Below, piece after piece: positions 23,771 to 32,000 of a stretch of DNA of 32,000 nt; positions within the stretch are counted from its first letter, which is position 1; each line of letters starts with the position of its first letter. The stretch comes from Candidatus Nanopusillus sp. (GTDB lineage Archaea; Nanobdellota; Nanobdellia; Nanobdellales; Nanobdellaceae). The notes beneath the pieces were generated by a model. It made no database searches. It saw nothing but the letters and a program-made list of their open reading frames with translations, and was not told the DNA's origin. The stretch spans positions 30,001-62,000 of the forward strand of contig JBMSAQ010000015.1 in the NCBI GenBank assembly GCA_049414405.1, written 5' to 3'. The translations under genes and the position numbers were made by a program.

Positions 23771-26700
23771 TCCCAATATTAAACTTACAATTCCAATTAA
23801 ACCTGTTAAAGATATTCCTTCAGATACTATTATTTGGGGGGGCTGTGTATAATTAGCTATTACATTATTTGGTCCCAATACATATATTGGAACTTGGGTA
23901 CTATATGTTGAAGACCCATATGTAGAATTACATGTTATTCCGTATATTAAATTACTTACACCACTAGAAGCTCCCAAGATTCTTATATTTAATTCTGAAG
24001 ATTCGTAAGGACCTATGGTAAATACATTATTATTTACACCATTTACACTATAGTTAGTAACAATTGCATTATCATTTGTGGTTGATGGAATTGGTATTAG
24101 AGAACATTGAATATTTGTTGGTACCAAATTCTTTATCAAGATTGTATATTCATATTCTTGTCCTACATATAAACTTATCACATTTGTTAAAACTGCTATT
24201 CCTATTATTGATGTTTGATTTGTTAAATAATTATAGTACATATAATTTCCGAAGAATTTTGCATAATCATTTACTGCTTGAATTTGCGTATTACATAATG
24301 ATCCTGCACACATATATTGTTGATATACAAAATTTGAATTACAATTTCTAGGGAATTGAGCCCCATTAAATATTATATAACATTCTTGTGTATTCTTATC
24401 TACTATATTAAATGTCGTTAATGATTGTAGTTGTGCTCCATTTGGTGGGGAAATTATATAACTTATTGGTAATATTATTGAATAATTGTATATGTAAGTA
24501 TTCCATCCATAAATTGTAAACGTTATATTATAATCCTGTGAAGAACAATATGGGTTTGTTATATTAATTTCTACATTTAAATAACCTATGTTATTTGTAT
24601 CTAATGAATCTATCTGACCACCGGTATTTAATACCTGTATACAATTTGGATTATAATATACATTTCGTACAGATATGTTTTTAGCAGGTACTGGTCCTGT
24701 ATTTTGTATTACCAATGTTATATTTGATGTTTTTCCATATGTTATCTGCGTTAATGATGGATTAGTGTATATATTTAATGTATTCCACTTGATATCTACA
24801 TATCCGTAATATGTTACTGAAGGATAAACTGTCAGTCCATATGCATTTTGATATGTTACACTATAATTTATTCTACAGTCATAATGTGGACATAAATTCG
24901 TTGGGAAATAAATATATAGTGGTGAATTTTGTTGCTGTTGTAATAAAAAACTCATTGATTTAACTGGAAGTGTTTGGTTTATAATTATTGTAAGATTCCC
25001 AATTCCAACGTTAGATATATTACCGATATAGATTGCAACACCCGGATTTATATTGTAAATATATGGATAATACGTTATATTTTGCAAGTATATAGTAGCA
25101 TTTGGATTTATTACTAATAAATAATATCCAGGTTCTGGAAATATTGGTAACCATCCTTGTGCTTGTCCGGTTATATACCCAATATTACATAAATTTCCAT
25201 TTGCATCACATATATATCTTGCTGGATTATCACATATTGTTTTTACATAATCCTGATATATTACATAATAACCAACATTATTACTAAAATTATACAAAGT
25301 AAAGTAAGAACGTATAGTTGAGGAACTTCCCGATATTAATAATCCTTTATTTGGATATATATTGTAAACAGTATTTCTACTTATATTATATTGTGTGAAA
25401 TTAAATGGGAGATTTGATATACCTTGTAAATACTGGAAAGAGTTTGGATGATAATATTGATTTGATCTATATAACCAAGCAACAACAGATGGTATATTAT
25501 CTCTTGTAACACCATCACTACACAAAATATTATATCCGCTACTTACACTAAATCCTACAGAAGTATTCTGCGCTAAAACATATATTCCGTTATAATATGT
25601 ATAATATGATCCAGAATATGGTCCATAATATGAAAAGCGTATAGACATAGGATTTGAACTAACACTAGTTATTGTCCATGCGTGGAAACATGATTGAGTA
25701 GTAAATCCTCCGGGGTTAGCTACCAATACTTGCAATGGATTATTAATAAATGATTGATTAAATAGTGTATTGTTATAATAATATCTTCCATAGTATGTAT
25801 AATTTCCAGCATTGTTAGTATAATCTCTTAAATATAAATCACATAAATTTTGACCCCACTCCGGATCTCCCGATCCGGGACAGTTTGTTCTAGTAACTAC
25901 ACTTGTTCCATTTGGAAAAATTAATGTAAAGTTAAAGAATGTATTATTTAATAACCTACTTGAAGAAGGACAACCTGGAATTATTCGTACAGCATTACTT
26001 GCTCCTTGATATATGGGATTTACATAATATTCAAAATAATATGGATAATTTAAATATATTGATCCACTATAATTATATTGACTACAATTGGATGATGTAC
26101 AGTTTCGAACAGTTATATTATAATTTATTATTGTAGAATTCATATCATTTGGTAGGTTTAATGGTAAATTATTAAAGTATACTGTATAATTATAAATAGA
26201 TATATTATTTCCTGAATAACTATAATTACCACTTGCGAAAATTTGTGAAATATTTGATGAATTATAAAACTTATAAGAAACTGTTATAGATCCATTAAAT
26301 CCTTGCGTTATTATATTTAATGAATCTGCTGGTATACATATTTGGCTTGTACTTAGATATAGTTCCTGAGAATGCACATTAAATAATAGTGGTAATAAAA
26401 CTAATGCAAGGATAAATAATTTTTTTCTTCTCAATATCATAAACAATATTATTGCAGCAAAAATTATTAATATTATTAAATAATAGTTTGGATAATTATA
26501 ATTGTTTTGTACATTATTTATTGGTTGAGTTTGGTTTACACTTATATTATAATATGGCATTCGCATTACTGTATCTATTATCCATAGATATGAATATTGT
26601 GGTGAATGGAAGAAAATATAATAAACCCCACTACCTAATGTATAATTTAGACAATTATTATTTATACTTGTGGTATATATTATGTTCGATTCAGAATTGT

Positions 26701-28012
26701 ATCCTATATTTAATATTCCAGAAATATTTGAACATATATAGAAGTAATTGTCTGTATAGTCTACATAAATTAAATCATCTATTGGAATTCCATAAGTATT
26801 TGATTTATTTATGAAATAATATGTACAATAACCATAATTTAAATTATTATTTAAATTATTATTAGAATATAAGTTTATACATAAATCAAAGCTGGTAGAA
26901 TTTAATGGTAACTTTAGATTTACATAAGTAAATTTAGTATTATTCCAACTTATATTTCCCAATTGTATATTCTCTTTAAATCCAAGTATATTTGAATAAA
27001 CTTCTGCTACTACATTTGGAGTGACTGGATATGTATAATGATCTGGAGATGGTGTTACTATAAATGTTAAATTTCCATTACCCTGTAAATATACGCCTCC
27101 CAATCTTGTTGTTGGACCTAGAACAATAAATCTTAATCTATATATAGATTTTGTTTGATCATTATGTAATAATTTTATTGCTAATGAATATGCATTTGGA
27201 TTCAATGCTGCAACATTTATGTATGGAATATTTATTGTATTATATCCTTCCTTTAGTTGTATATTTTCAGTATAATTATATATTGGATTATATAGGATAT
27301 CATCCCATGGAGATATTAAAATATTCAAAGTAGCATTAGTATCTTTACTTGAATATATACTAACTGTTAAATTAATATAATTTGAAACACCATAACCAGT
27401 AGGTCCACTTAATGAAGAATAATAATATCCTGATGATGATAACAAACTACCCCATGTATATAATGTGGAAGAACTTAAATATGTGTGATCTTTTATAATA
27501 TAAATTTCCGGAACATTATTTGGATTATTCACATAAAATTCTTTATATACTCCTGGATAATATATAAACGGTAAACCATTTATTTCAATTAAAGGTGTGT
27601 ATAAATATGCAACAATATAGTAATGTCCAGAAGGTAAATTATCTGGAATTGTATAATTTAATCGTATATTTAAAGATTCTCCTGGTTGTAAATATATGTT
27701 CTTTATCACATATTCATATACCTGATTATTTGATGTAAATTGGAATGGATATATATCATTATTATTATCAGTTTTTTGTATTATTTGTATTACTAATGAT
27801 ACATTTGGTATATAATAAATATCTCTATAATTTATATGTACATCATAATACAATGTTTGACCTACAGATAAATTATAATTTAATAAATTTATACTTAAGA
27901 ATGCTGTTGGTTTATATAAATATTCTGAATGCCATATGTTATACCCTTGAGAAAATATTGGATATAATAAAAACAAAAGAAATGATAATAAATACATCTT
28001 TTTCTTTTTCAT
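23744..28012 (-). CDS. Giant (1422 aa) sequon-rich cell-surface protein, possibly an S-layer or adhesin type, built from two signal-peptide/ectodomain/TM-anchor modules
   Basis: N-terminal signal peptide (MKKKKMYLLSFLLFLLYPIFSQG), C-terminal TM anchor (LTGLIGIVSLILGLFILLNII), and an internal TM-RRKK-signal-like segment around aa 509-548. Dozens of N-x-S/T sequons. Segments such as SNITLVIQNTGPVPAKNISVRNVYY and YLQPGESLNIRLNYTIPDNLPSGHYYIV resemble CARDB / archaeal S-layer-domain beta-sandwiches. Confidence 0.8.
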   Translation of the reverse strand: MKKKKMYLLSFLLFLLYPIFSQGYNIWHSEYLYKPTAFLSINLLNYNLSVGQTLYYDVHINYRDIYYIPNVSLVIQIIQKTDNNNDIYPFQFTSNNQVYEYVIKNIYLQPGESLNIRLNYTIPDNLPSGHYYIVAYLYTPLIEINGLPFIYYPGVYKEFYVNNPNNVPEIYIIKDHTYLSSSTLYTWGSLLSSSGYYYSSLSGPTGYGVSNYINLTVSIYSSKDTNATLNILISPWDDILYNPIYNYTENIQLKEGYNTINIPYINVAALNPNAYSLAIKLLHNDQTKSIYRLRFIVLGPTTRLGGVYLQGNGNLTFIVTPSPDHYTYPVTPNVVAEVYSNILGFKENIQLGNISWNNTKFTYVNLKLPLNSTSFDLCINLYSNNNLNNNLNYGYCTYYFINKSNTYGIPIDDLIYVDYTDNYFYICSNISGILNIGYNSESNIIYTTSINNNCLNYTLGSGVYYIFFHSPQYSYLWIIDTVMRMPYYNISVNQTQPINNVQNNYNYPNYYLIILIIFAAIILFMILRRKKLFILALVLLPLLFNVHSQELYLSTSQICIPADSLNIITQGFNGSITVSYKFYNSSNISQIFASGNYSYSGNNISIYNYTVYFNNLPLNLPNDMNSTIINYNITVRNCTSSNCSQYNYSGSIYLNYPYYFEYYVNPIYQGASNAVRIIPGCPSSSRLLNNTFFNFTLIFPNGTSVVTRTNCPGSGDPEWGQNLCDLYLRDYTNNAGNYTYYGRYYYNNTLFNQSFINNPLQVLVANPGGFTTQSCFHAWTITSVSSNPMSIRFSYYGPYSGSYYTYYNGIYVLAQNTSVGFSVSSGYNILCSDGVTRDNIPSVVAWLYRSNQYYHPNSFQYLQGISNLPFNFTQYNISRNTVYNIYPNKGLLISGSSSTIRSYFTLYNFSNNVGYYVIYQDYVKTICDNPARYICDANGNLCNIGYITGQAQGWLPIFPEPGYYLLVINPNATIYLQNITYYPYIYNINPGVAIYIGNISNVGIGNLTIIINQTLPVKSMSFLLQQQQNSPLYIYFPTNLCPHYDCRINYSVTYQNAYGLTVYPSVTYYGYVDIKWNTLNIYTNPSLTQITYGKTSNITLVIQNTGPVPAKNISVRNVYYNPNCIQVLNTGGQIDSLDTNNIGYLNVEINITNPYCSSQDYNITFTIYGWNTYIYNYSIILPISYIISPPNGAQLQSLTTFNIVDKNTQECYIIFNGAQFPRNCNSNFVYQQYMCAGSLCNTQIQAVNDYAKFFGNYMYYNYLTNQTSIIGIAVLTNVISLYVGQEYEYTILIKNLVPTNIQCSLIPIPSTTNDNAIVTNYSVNGVNNNVFTIGPYESSELNIRILGASSGVSNLIYGITCNSTYGSSTYSTQVPIYVLGPNNVIANYTQPPQIIVSEGISLTGLIGIVSLILGLFILLNII

Positions 28013-28037
28013 AAAGATTCATTTATAAAAAAAACTT

Positions 28038-29900
28038 TTAAATATTTTTACCGGTTGCAATTTCTATAACTTCATCTATTGTTTTTACAGGTGTTATCTT
28101 TATTTTATCAAATAAGTCTTCCGGTATATCATTATAATTACTTTCAGGTACTATAACTTCTTTTAATTTAGATTCTATAGCTGCTTCTATTTTTGCTATT
28201 ATACCACCAACAGGTAATACTTCCCCCCTTATTGATAAAGAACCTGTCATCGCCAAATCTTGTCTTACTGGCCAATTCTTTAATGCAGATATTATTGCGG
28301 TTGCAACAGTTATTGAAGCTGAATCTCCTTCTACACCTTCATATGTCTGCAAAAATTGAACATGAACTCTATATTTCTTCAAATCTTCTCCAAATTTCTT
28401 TTTTATTACTGCGGATACATTTACTATTGCTTCCTTTGCAATTTTTCCCAAATTTCCTGTTGCAATAATTTCCTTACTACCTTCTCCGGGTACAACTTCT
28501 GCCTCAACAGGTAATACCAATCCTGAATAATATAATCTTGATCCAATTACTGCTAAACCATTTACTCTTCCAATTTCATATCCTTCAGTTTTTATTATTT
28601 GATATTCTCTCTTTTTTTCAATATAATATTTAGATAATTGTTCTTCAATTGTTAGTGTTTTTTCCCTTGCTTCTATAACATCTTCAGATTCTACATATTT
28701 TTTTCCTTTTGCTCTTGCAATATCTCCTGCCAATCTTACTAATCCACCCAAATCTCTTAATCTCAATGTTAAATAACTTTTTCTTCCAGATCTTCTTTGT
28801 GCTTCCCTAATAACTTCTATTACAGCTTCCTTTGTAAAATGTGATATATTACCTGTCTTTTTAACTTCTTGTGCAACAAATTGGGCAAATTTATTTGCAC
28901 TTTCTTCAGTAAATAATATTTCAGAATTCATAAATACTTCATACCCATATCCTCTTATTCTTGATCTAAATGCTGGGTGTAATTTCTCTAATGTTTCTAA
29001 ATTTCCAGCCGCCACTAATACAAAATCGGCAGGAGCTGGTGTAGTTCTTACCATAGCACCAGCAGATCTTTCAGATCTTCCAAATATTGAATATCTCTTT
29101 TCTTGTAAAACAGATAATAATTCTATCTGAACCTCTGGTCTTAATGTTCCAACCTCATCTATGAACAATACACCTTTATTTGCCTTATGTATTGCACCCG
29201 CAATTACTCTTTGATGTGGTGGAGTTTCAAGACCACCAGATTGAAATGGGTCATGTAATACATCTCCGAATAGCATACCTTCAAATGCTCCTGTAGCATC
29301 TACAAATGGTACAGAAGTTCTATTTGAATTATCAACTAGCAATTTTGGTATATTTTTCATTATTTGCCTTTGCACTACTTGAAAAGAAAAGGACAAACTT
29401 GCCATTAAAATCATAAATCCAATAAATGTTGCACCAGCCATTATATAATTTCCTATATAGTAAAAGTACATCGGAGTAAATGCTGATATAAGTAATAATA
29501 AAATATAAAAATATCTAAACATCTTTGTTTGCTCTAATACTCTTTTTCTCATTTCTTCTACAATCTTTTTACCAGTTCCCATTGGAACTGTTTTTATTAT
29601 TGGTTGATATTCATCATTTGGATTTGGAAATACAAGTATATCTTCTAAATTTTTAACTTGTTCTTTATCTTCTGATAATATTTCTGCTAATGCCTGTGCT
29701 AACATAGATTTACCAGTACCAGGATCTCCTATCAGCAAAACATGTCTTCTCTGTTTAGCGGCTTTTCTAATTATGTCCAATGCTTTATCTTGTCCAATAA
29801 TTTGCTCTGATATTTTTTCAGGTACACTTATTTCTTCCGTGGTTTTAAATTTAAATATATTATGTAGGTCCTTTATAGATATTGTTCTATTTTCAGACAT
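28038..29900 (-). CDS. lonB: Archaeal membrane-bound Lon protease (LonB)
   Basis: Walker [20 protein letters not shown] and Walker B VLFIDEV. Two TM helices are inserted in the AAA+ module ([17 protein letters not shown]..., [17 protein letters not shown]). Protease Ser in [16 protein letters not shown] and Lys in [12 protein letters not shown]. Confidence 0.95.
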   Translation of the reverse strand: MSENRTISIKDLHNIFKFKTTEEISVPEKISEQIIGQDKALDIIRKAAKQRRHVLLIGDPGTGKSMLAQALAEILSEDKEQVKNLEDILVFPNPNDEYQPIIKTVPMGTGKKIVEEMRKRVLEQTKMFRYFYILLLLISAFTPMYFYYIGNYIMAGATFIGFMILMASLSFSFQVVQRQIMKNIPKLLVDNSNRTSVPFVDATGAFEGMLFGDVLHDPFQSGGLETPPHQRVIAGAIHKANKGVLFIDEVGTLRPEVQIELLSVLQEKRYSIFGRSERSAGAMVRTTPAPADFVLVAAGNLETLEKLHPAFRSRIRGYGYEVFMNSEILFTEESANKFAQFVAQEVKKTGNISHFTKEAVIEVIREAQRRSGRKSYLTLRLRDLGGLVRLAGDIARAKGKKYVESEDVIEAREKTLTIEEQLSKYYIEKKREYQIIKTEGYEIGRVNGLAVIGSRLYYSGLVLPVEAEVVPGEGSKEIIATGNLGKIAKEAIVNVSAVIKKKFGEDLKKYRVHVQFLQTYEGVEGDSASITVATAIISALKNWPVRQDLAMTGSLSIRGEVLPVGGIIAKIEAAIESKLKEVIVPESNYNDIPEDLFDKIKITPVKTIDEVIEIATGKNI

Positions 29901-29908
29901 AATATATC

Positions 29909-29915
29909 TTATAAA
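29909..29915 (+). promoter_or_regulatory. Candidate TATA-like element (TTATAAA) for the 29939 gene
   Basis: The centre is 27 nt upstream of the ATG at 29939, within the 38-bp divergent region shared with lonB. Confidence 0.3.
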
Positions 29916-29938
29916 GTTAAAAAATAAAAAGATGAAAT

Positions 29939-30904
29939 ATGTTTGAATATATAAAAATAGATAGAAGAATAATATATTATTTAATAATTGTAGGTTTTTT
30001 CCTGTCTTTTAATCATTGGGATAATTTATTTATTGGATTGAGTAATTTATTTTTCTCAATAATCTATACAATAATTTCATATTTTATATTTTTATTTGTA
30101 TTTAATTTAGTTTCATCATTTTATGGTTTATATATTTATCTAGATAATGTAATTGCAGAATTAAAAATATCATTTTATAAAAAGGAATCTTATACATTTT
30201 TTTATTATCTGCTAATTATTTTGGAAATAATTTTGTTTTTTATATTTAGACATAACTTATTTTTATACGTCATTATATCTATTTTTGTAATATTGTTCTT
30301 TTATAATTATATAAAACAACTAAAAATAAAGAGTTCAAAGAGTGAACAACTAAATTTTACATATATAAAGAGACATAATCTAAGTTATATAATTACAATT
30401 ATAGTATCAATACTTACACTGGGATTGTTTGTTCCAGTAGTATTTTCCATGAAACCAATAGTAATAGAATATAAAAGACTTGGAAGAAGTAAAAATATAG
30501 AAGTAAGAAATGATGAATTATTAAGGATATTTCTACTTTCTATATTATTATTATGGATAATATATTCATCAATAAAATATATATCACATTATTCAACACT
30601 ATTATATGGTTTTGTTTATTATTTCTTTAATTTCTTATTCTTCTTTACATATATATCAATAATACCAATAGGAATATTATTGTCCCCATATTTATCAATT
30701 AGAAGGGGATATGTATATTCCAATAAATTTATTGGAGATATATTAATATTATCAAATACACCATTTTATATTGCATCTATTGTAACTATTGCTCTATTAC
30801 CAATGTTTTCAATAATATTTACTCCATTAGAAGTAATACTATTTTCTCTAGCTATATTCTCTATAATATGGATAAGGAAGCAATTTGATGTCCTAACAAA
30901 ATGA
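29939..30904 (+). CDS. Polytopic integral membrane protein, unknown function
   Basis: 321 aa with about 8 hydrophobic helices. No recognisable motifs. Confidence 0.55.
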   Translation: MFEYIKIDRRIIYYLIIVGFFLSFNHWDNLFIGLSNLFFSIIYTIISYFIFLFVFNLVSSFYGLYIYLDNVIAELKISFYKKESYTFFYYLLIILEIILFFIFRHNLFLYVIISIFVILFFYNYIKQLKIKSSKSEQLNFTYIKRHNLSYIITIIVSILTLGLFVPVVFSMKPIVIEYKRLGRSKNIEVRNDELLRIFLLSILLLWIIYSSIKYISHYSTLLYGFVYYFFNFLFFFTYISIIPIGILLSPYLSIRRGYVYSNKFIGDILILSNTPFYIASIVTIALLPMFSIIFTPLEVILFSLAIFSIIWIRKQFDVLTK

Positions 30905-30974
30905 TATAAAAATTATTTTAAGGATTATATTCATTGATCAATAGTAAAAAATTGATAATGCTTAAAAGGTTAAC

Positions 30975-30982
30975 TTTATAAA
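30975..30982 (+). promoter_or_regulatory. Candidate TATA box (TTTATAAA) for tfb
   Basis: The octamer centre is 25.5 nt upstream of the ATG at 31004. It is the same octamer as the one upstream of the 9280 operon. Confidence 0.45.
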
Positions 30983-31003
30983 CATAATATTTAAAAGTTT
31001 ATT

Positions 31004-31930
31004 ATGGTCCAAAAGCTCATAAAAAATCCAGAATTAAAATGTCTAGCATGTGGAAGTACAGAATTTATATACAATGAAAAGACAGCAGAGTTAGTATGTG
31101 CAAAATGTGGTTATGTAATTGAAGAAGTTCCATATCTGGGAAAGGAATATAGGACAATAAATTCAGAAGATGCAGAAAAATTATCAAGAACTGGTAGTGC
31201 AATGAGATATGCCAACATACCAAGTATGATATCAACAGAAATCGGAAAGGTAGAATCTGAAGACGAAGATATCTCATTATCTAAAAAGCTGAAAAAATGG
31301 CAACAGAGGTCTACAAGTTCTTATGAAAGAAATTTAAAGTTAGCACAACAAGAGTTAAGAAGAATTTCTTCATTCTTACAATTGCCAAAACAGGTAGAAG
31401 AAACAGCATTAAAATTATATTTAGATGCCGTTGAGAGAGGATTAATTAGAGGAAGATCTGTAGAAACAGTTATTGCTGCTTGTACCTATATATCATGTAG
31501 ATTACATGATGTTGCAAGAACAATAGATGAAATAGTTAAAGCATCAAACATACATAAAAAGGAATTGGGAAGAACATATAAACATTTATTACAGGCATTA
31601 AAGATAAAAATACAACCAATAGATGTTACAGAATATGTACATAGATTTTCATCATTATTAAGCTTACCACCAGAAGTTGTATCTACAGCAATAGAAATAG
31701 TTAATAAAGCAAAAGAATCTGATATAACCGCAGGTAGAGGTCCGGCGGGGGTTGCTGCGGCTGCAATATATTTAGCGTGTGTAAAGCATGGAATACAAAA
31801 GACACAAAAGGATATAGCAGAAGTTGCTGGAATAACTGAAGTTACAATAAGAAACAGATATAAAGAGATGTTAGAAAAATTAAGTCTTAAAGATATTGAA
31901 GCAAAAATGAATAGTATTGAAGAATGGTAA
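31004..31930 (+). CDS. tfb: Transcription initiation factor B (TFB/TFIIB)
   Basis: N-terminal zinc ribbon (CLACGSTEFIYNEKTAELVCAKCGYVIEE) and two cyclin-fold repeats (RGRSVETVIAACTYISCR; GRGPAGVAAAAIYLACV), followed by ITEVTIRNRYKEM. Confidence 0.95.
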   Translation: MVQKLIKNPELKCLACGSTEFIYNEKTAELVCAKCGYVIEEVPYLGKEYRTINSEDAEKLSRTGSAMRYANIPSMISTEIGKVESEDEDISLSKKLKKWQQRSTSSYERNLKLAQQELRRISSFLQLPKQVEETALKLYLDAVERGLIRGRSVETVIAACTYISCRLHDVARTIDEIVKASNIHKKELGRTYKHLLQALKIKIQPIDVTEYVHRFSSLLSLPPEVVSTAIEIVNKAKESDITAGRGPAGVAAAAIYLACVKHGIQKTQKDIAEVAGITEVTIRNRYKEMLEKLSLKDIEAKMNSIEEW

Positions 31931-32000
31931 TGCTACCAAAGGCACTAAAAGTCAAAAATAGATATATTTTGATAGATTTTTTTGATGAAAATAAATTAAA
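31930..32000 (+). CDS. Probable RNase P protein component 2 (Pop5/Rpp14-like), 5' fragment only
   Basis: Hand translation from the ATG at 31930 (TAATG overlap with the tfb stop) gives MLPKALKVKNRYILIDFFDENKL. This resembles the archaeal Pop5 N-terminus (LPPTLRxKxRYIxFE). Only 23 codons are visible. Confidence 0.4.
   Translation, partial: MLPKALKVKNRYILIDFFDENKL

Noticed and set aside
24064-28014. Plus-strand ORFs (24064-24351, 25102-25287, 25939-26136, 26452-26814, 27151-27333, 27745-28014) inside the giant surface-protein gene
   Set aside because: They are antisense shadows of a 1422-codon ORF. Their composition is Leu/Tyr/His/Ile-rich with no start context and no motifs.
30933-30942. Perfect 10-bp palindrome ATTGATCAAT, with a related AATTGATAAT at 30950-30959, upstream of tfb as a possible operator
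   Set aside because: Short A/T-rich palindromes are expected by chance in this composition. It lies 33 nt or more upstream of the candidate TATA with no second supporting copy elsewhere in the window. It is only worth revisiting if a genome-wide motif search finds it enriched.
31741-31770. GC-rich patch (tccggcgggggttgctgcggctgc) that stands out from the AT-rich background, considered as a possible structured RNA or tRNA fragment
   Set aside because: It is in frame within tfb and encodes the conserved GPAGVAAAAIY segment of the second cyclin repeat. No tRNA-like cloverleaf elements were found.
1-32000. Search for CRISPR arrays, IS elements or transposases, integrases, prophage genes, and tRNA or rRNA genes
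   Set aside because: No spaced direct-repeat arrays and no recombinase or transposase-like ORFs were seen. Apart from the C/D sRNA, there are no GC-rich structured-RNA islands, and every gap longer than about 40 nt was read by eye.

Overview
This window is strongly AT-rich and extremely gene-dense, and it comes from an archaeon using the standard genetic code. The archaeal assignment rests on TFB, split RNA polymerase subunits, eL30/eS24/eS31/uS12, membrane LonB and a C/D box sRNA. Tiny or negative intergenic distances and many ATGA start/stop overlaps suggest a reduced genome, possibly DPANN- or Nanoarchaeota-like, but the lineage cannot be fixed from this sequence alone.

Layout:
- 1-7955 (minus strand): the conserved cluster rpoH, rpoB'' (Rpo2N), rpoB' (Rpo2C), rpoA', rpoA'', rpl30e, rps12. 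The nusA gene usually found between rpl30e and rps12 is absent.
- 8006-9242: a RimK-like ATP-grasp gene followed by a DUF371-like gene.
- 9280-20713 (plus strand): a 12-gene, translationally coupled operon. It consists almost entirely of proteins with a very short basic N-terminus followed by a hydrophobic helix, resembling class III/prepilin signals and often starting M-[KR]-x-Q. It also contains a FlaJ/TadC-like polytopic platform candidate, a second polytopic membrane protein, a membrane- or pilin-anchored papain-family (C1A) cysteine protease with an intact Q-C-H-N catalytic set, a DUF333-like Cys/Pro-rich protein, and several large cysteine-rich ectodomains. No secretion ATPase or prepilin peptidase lies in the window. 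This operon is the best candidate for an undescribed cell-surface or host-contact system.
- 20700-23770: an agmatinase-family ureohydrolase, a family-4 uracil-DNA glycosylase, a near-perfect C/D box sRNA whose C box overlaps the udg stop codon, and rps24e-rps27ae plus small unknown genes.
- 23744-28012: a 1422-aa sequon-rich surface protein. It has an internal module of TM anchor, RRKK and signal peptide, which suggests two surface proteins encoded in one ORF.
- 28038-32000: lonB, an unknown polytopic membrane protein, tfb, and the start of a Pop5-like RNase P subunit.

No CRISPR array, tRNA, rRNA, transposase or integrase was seen.
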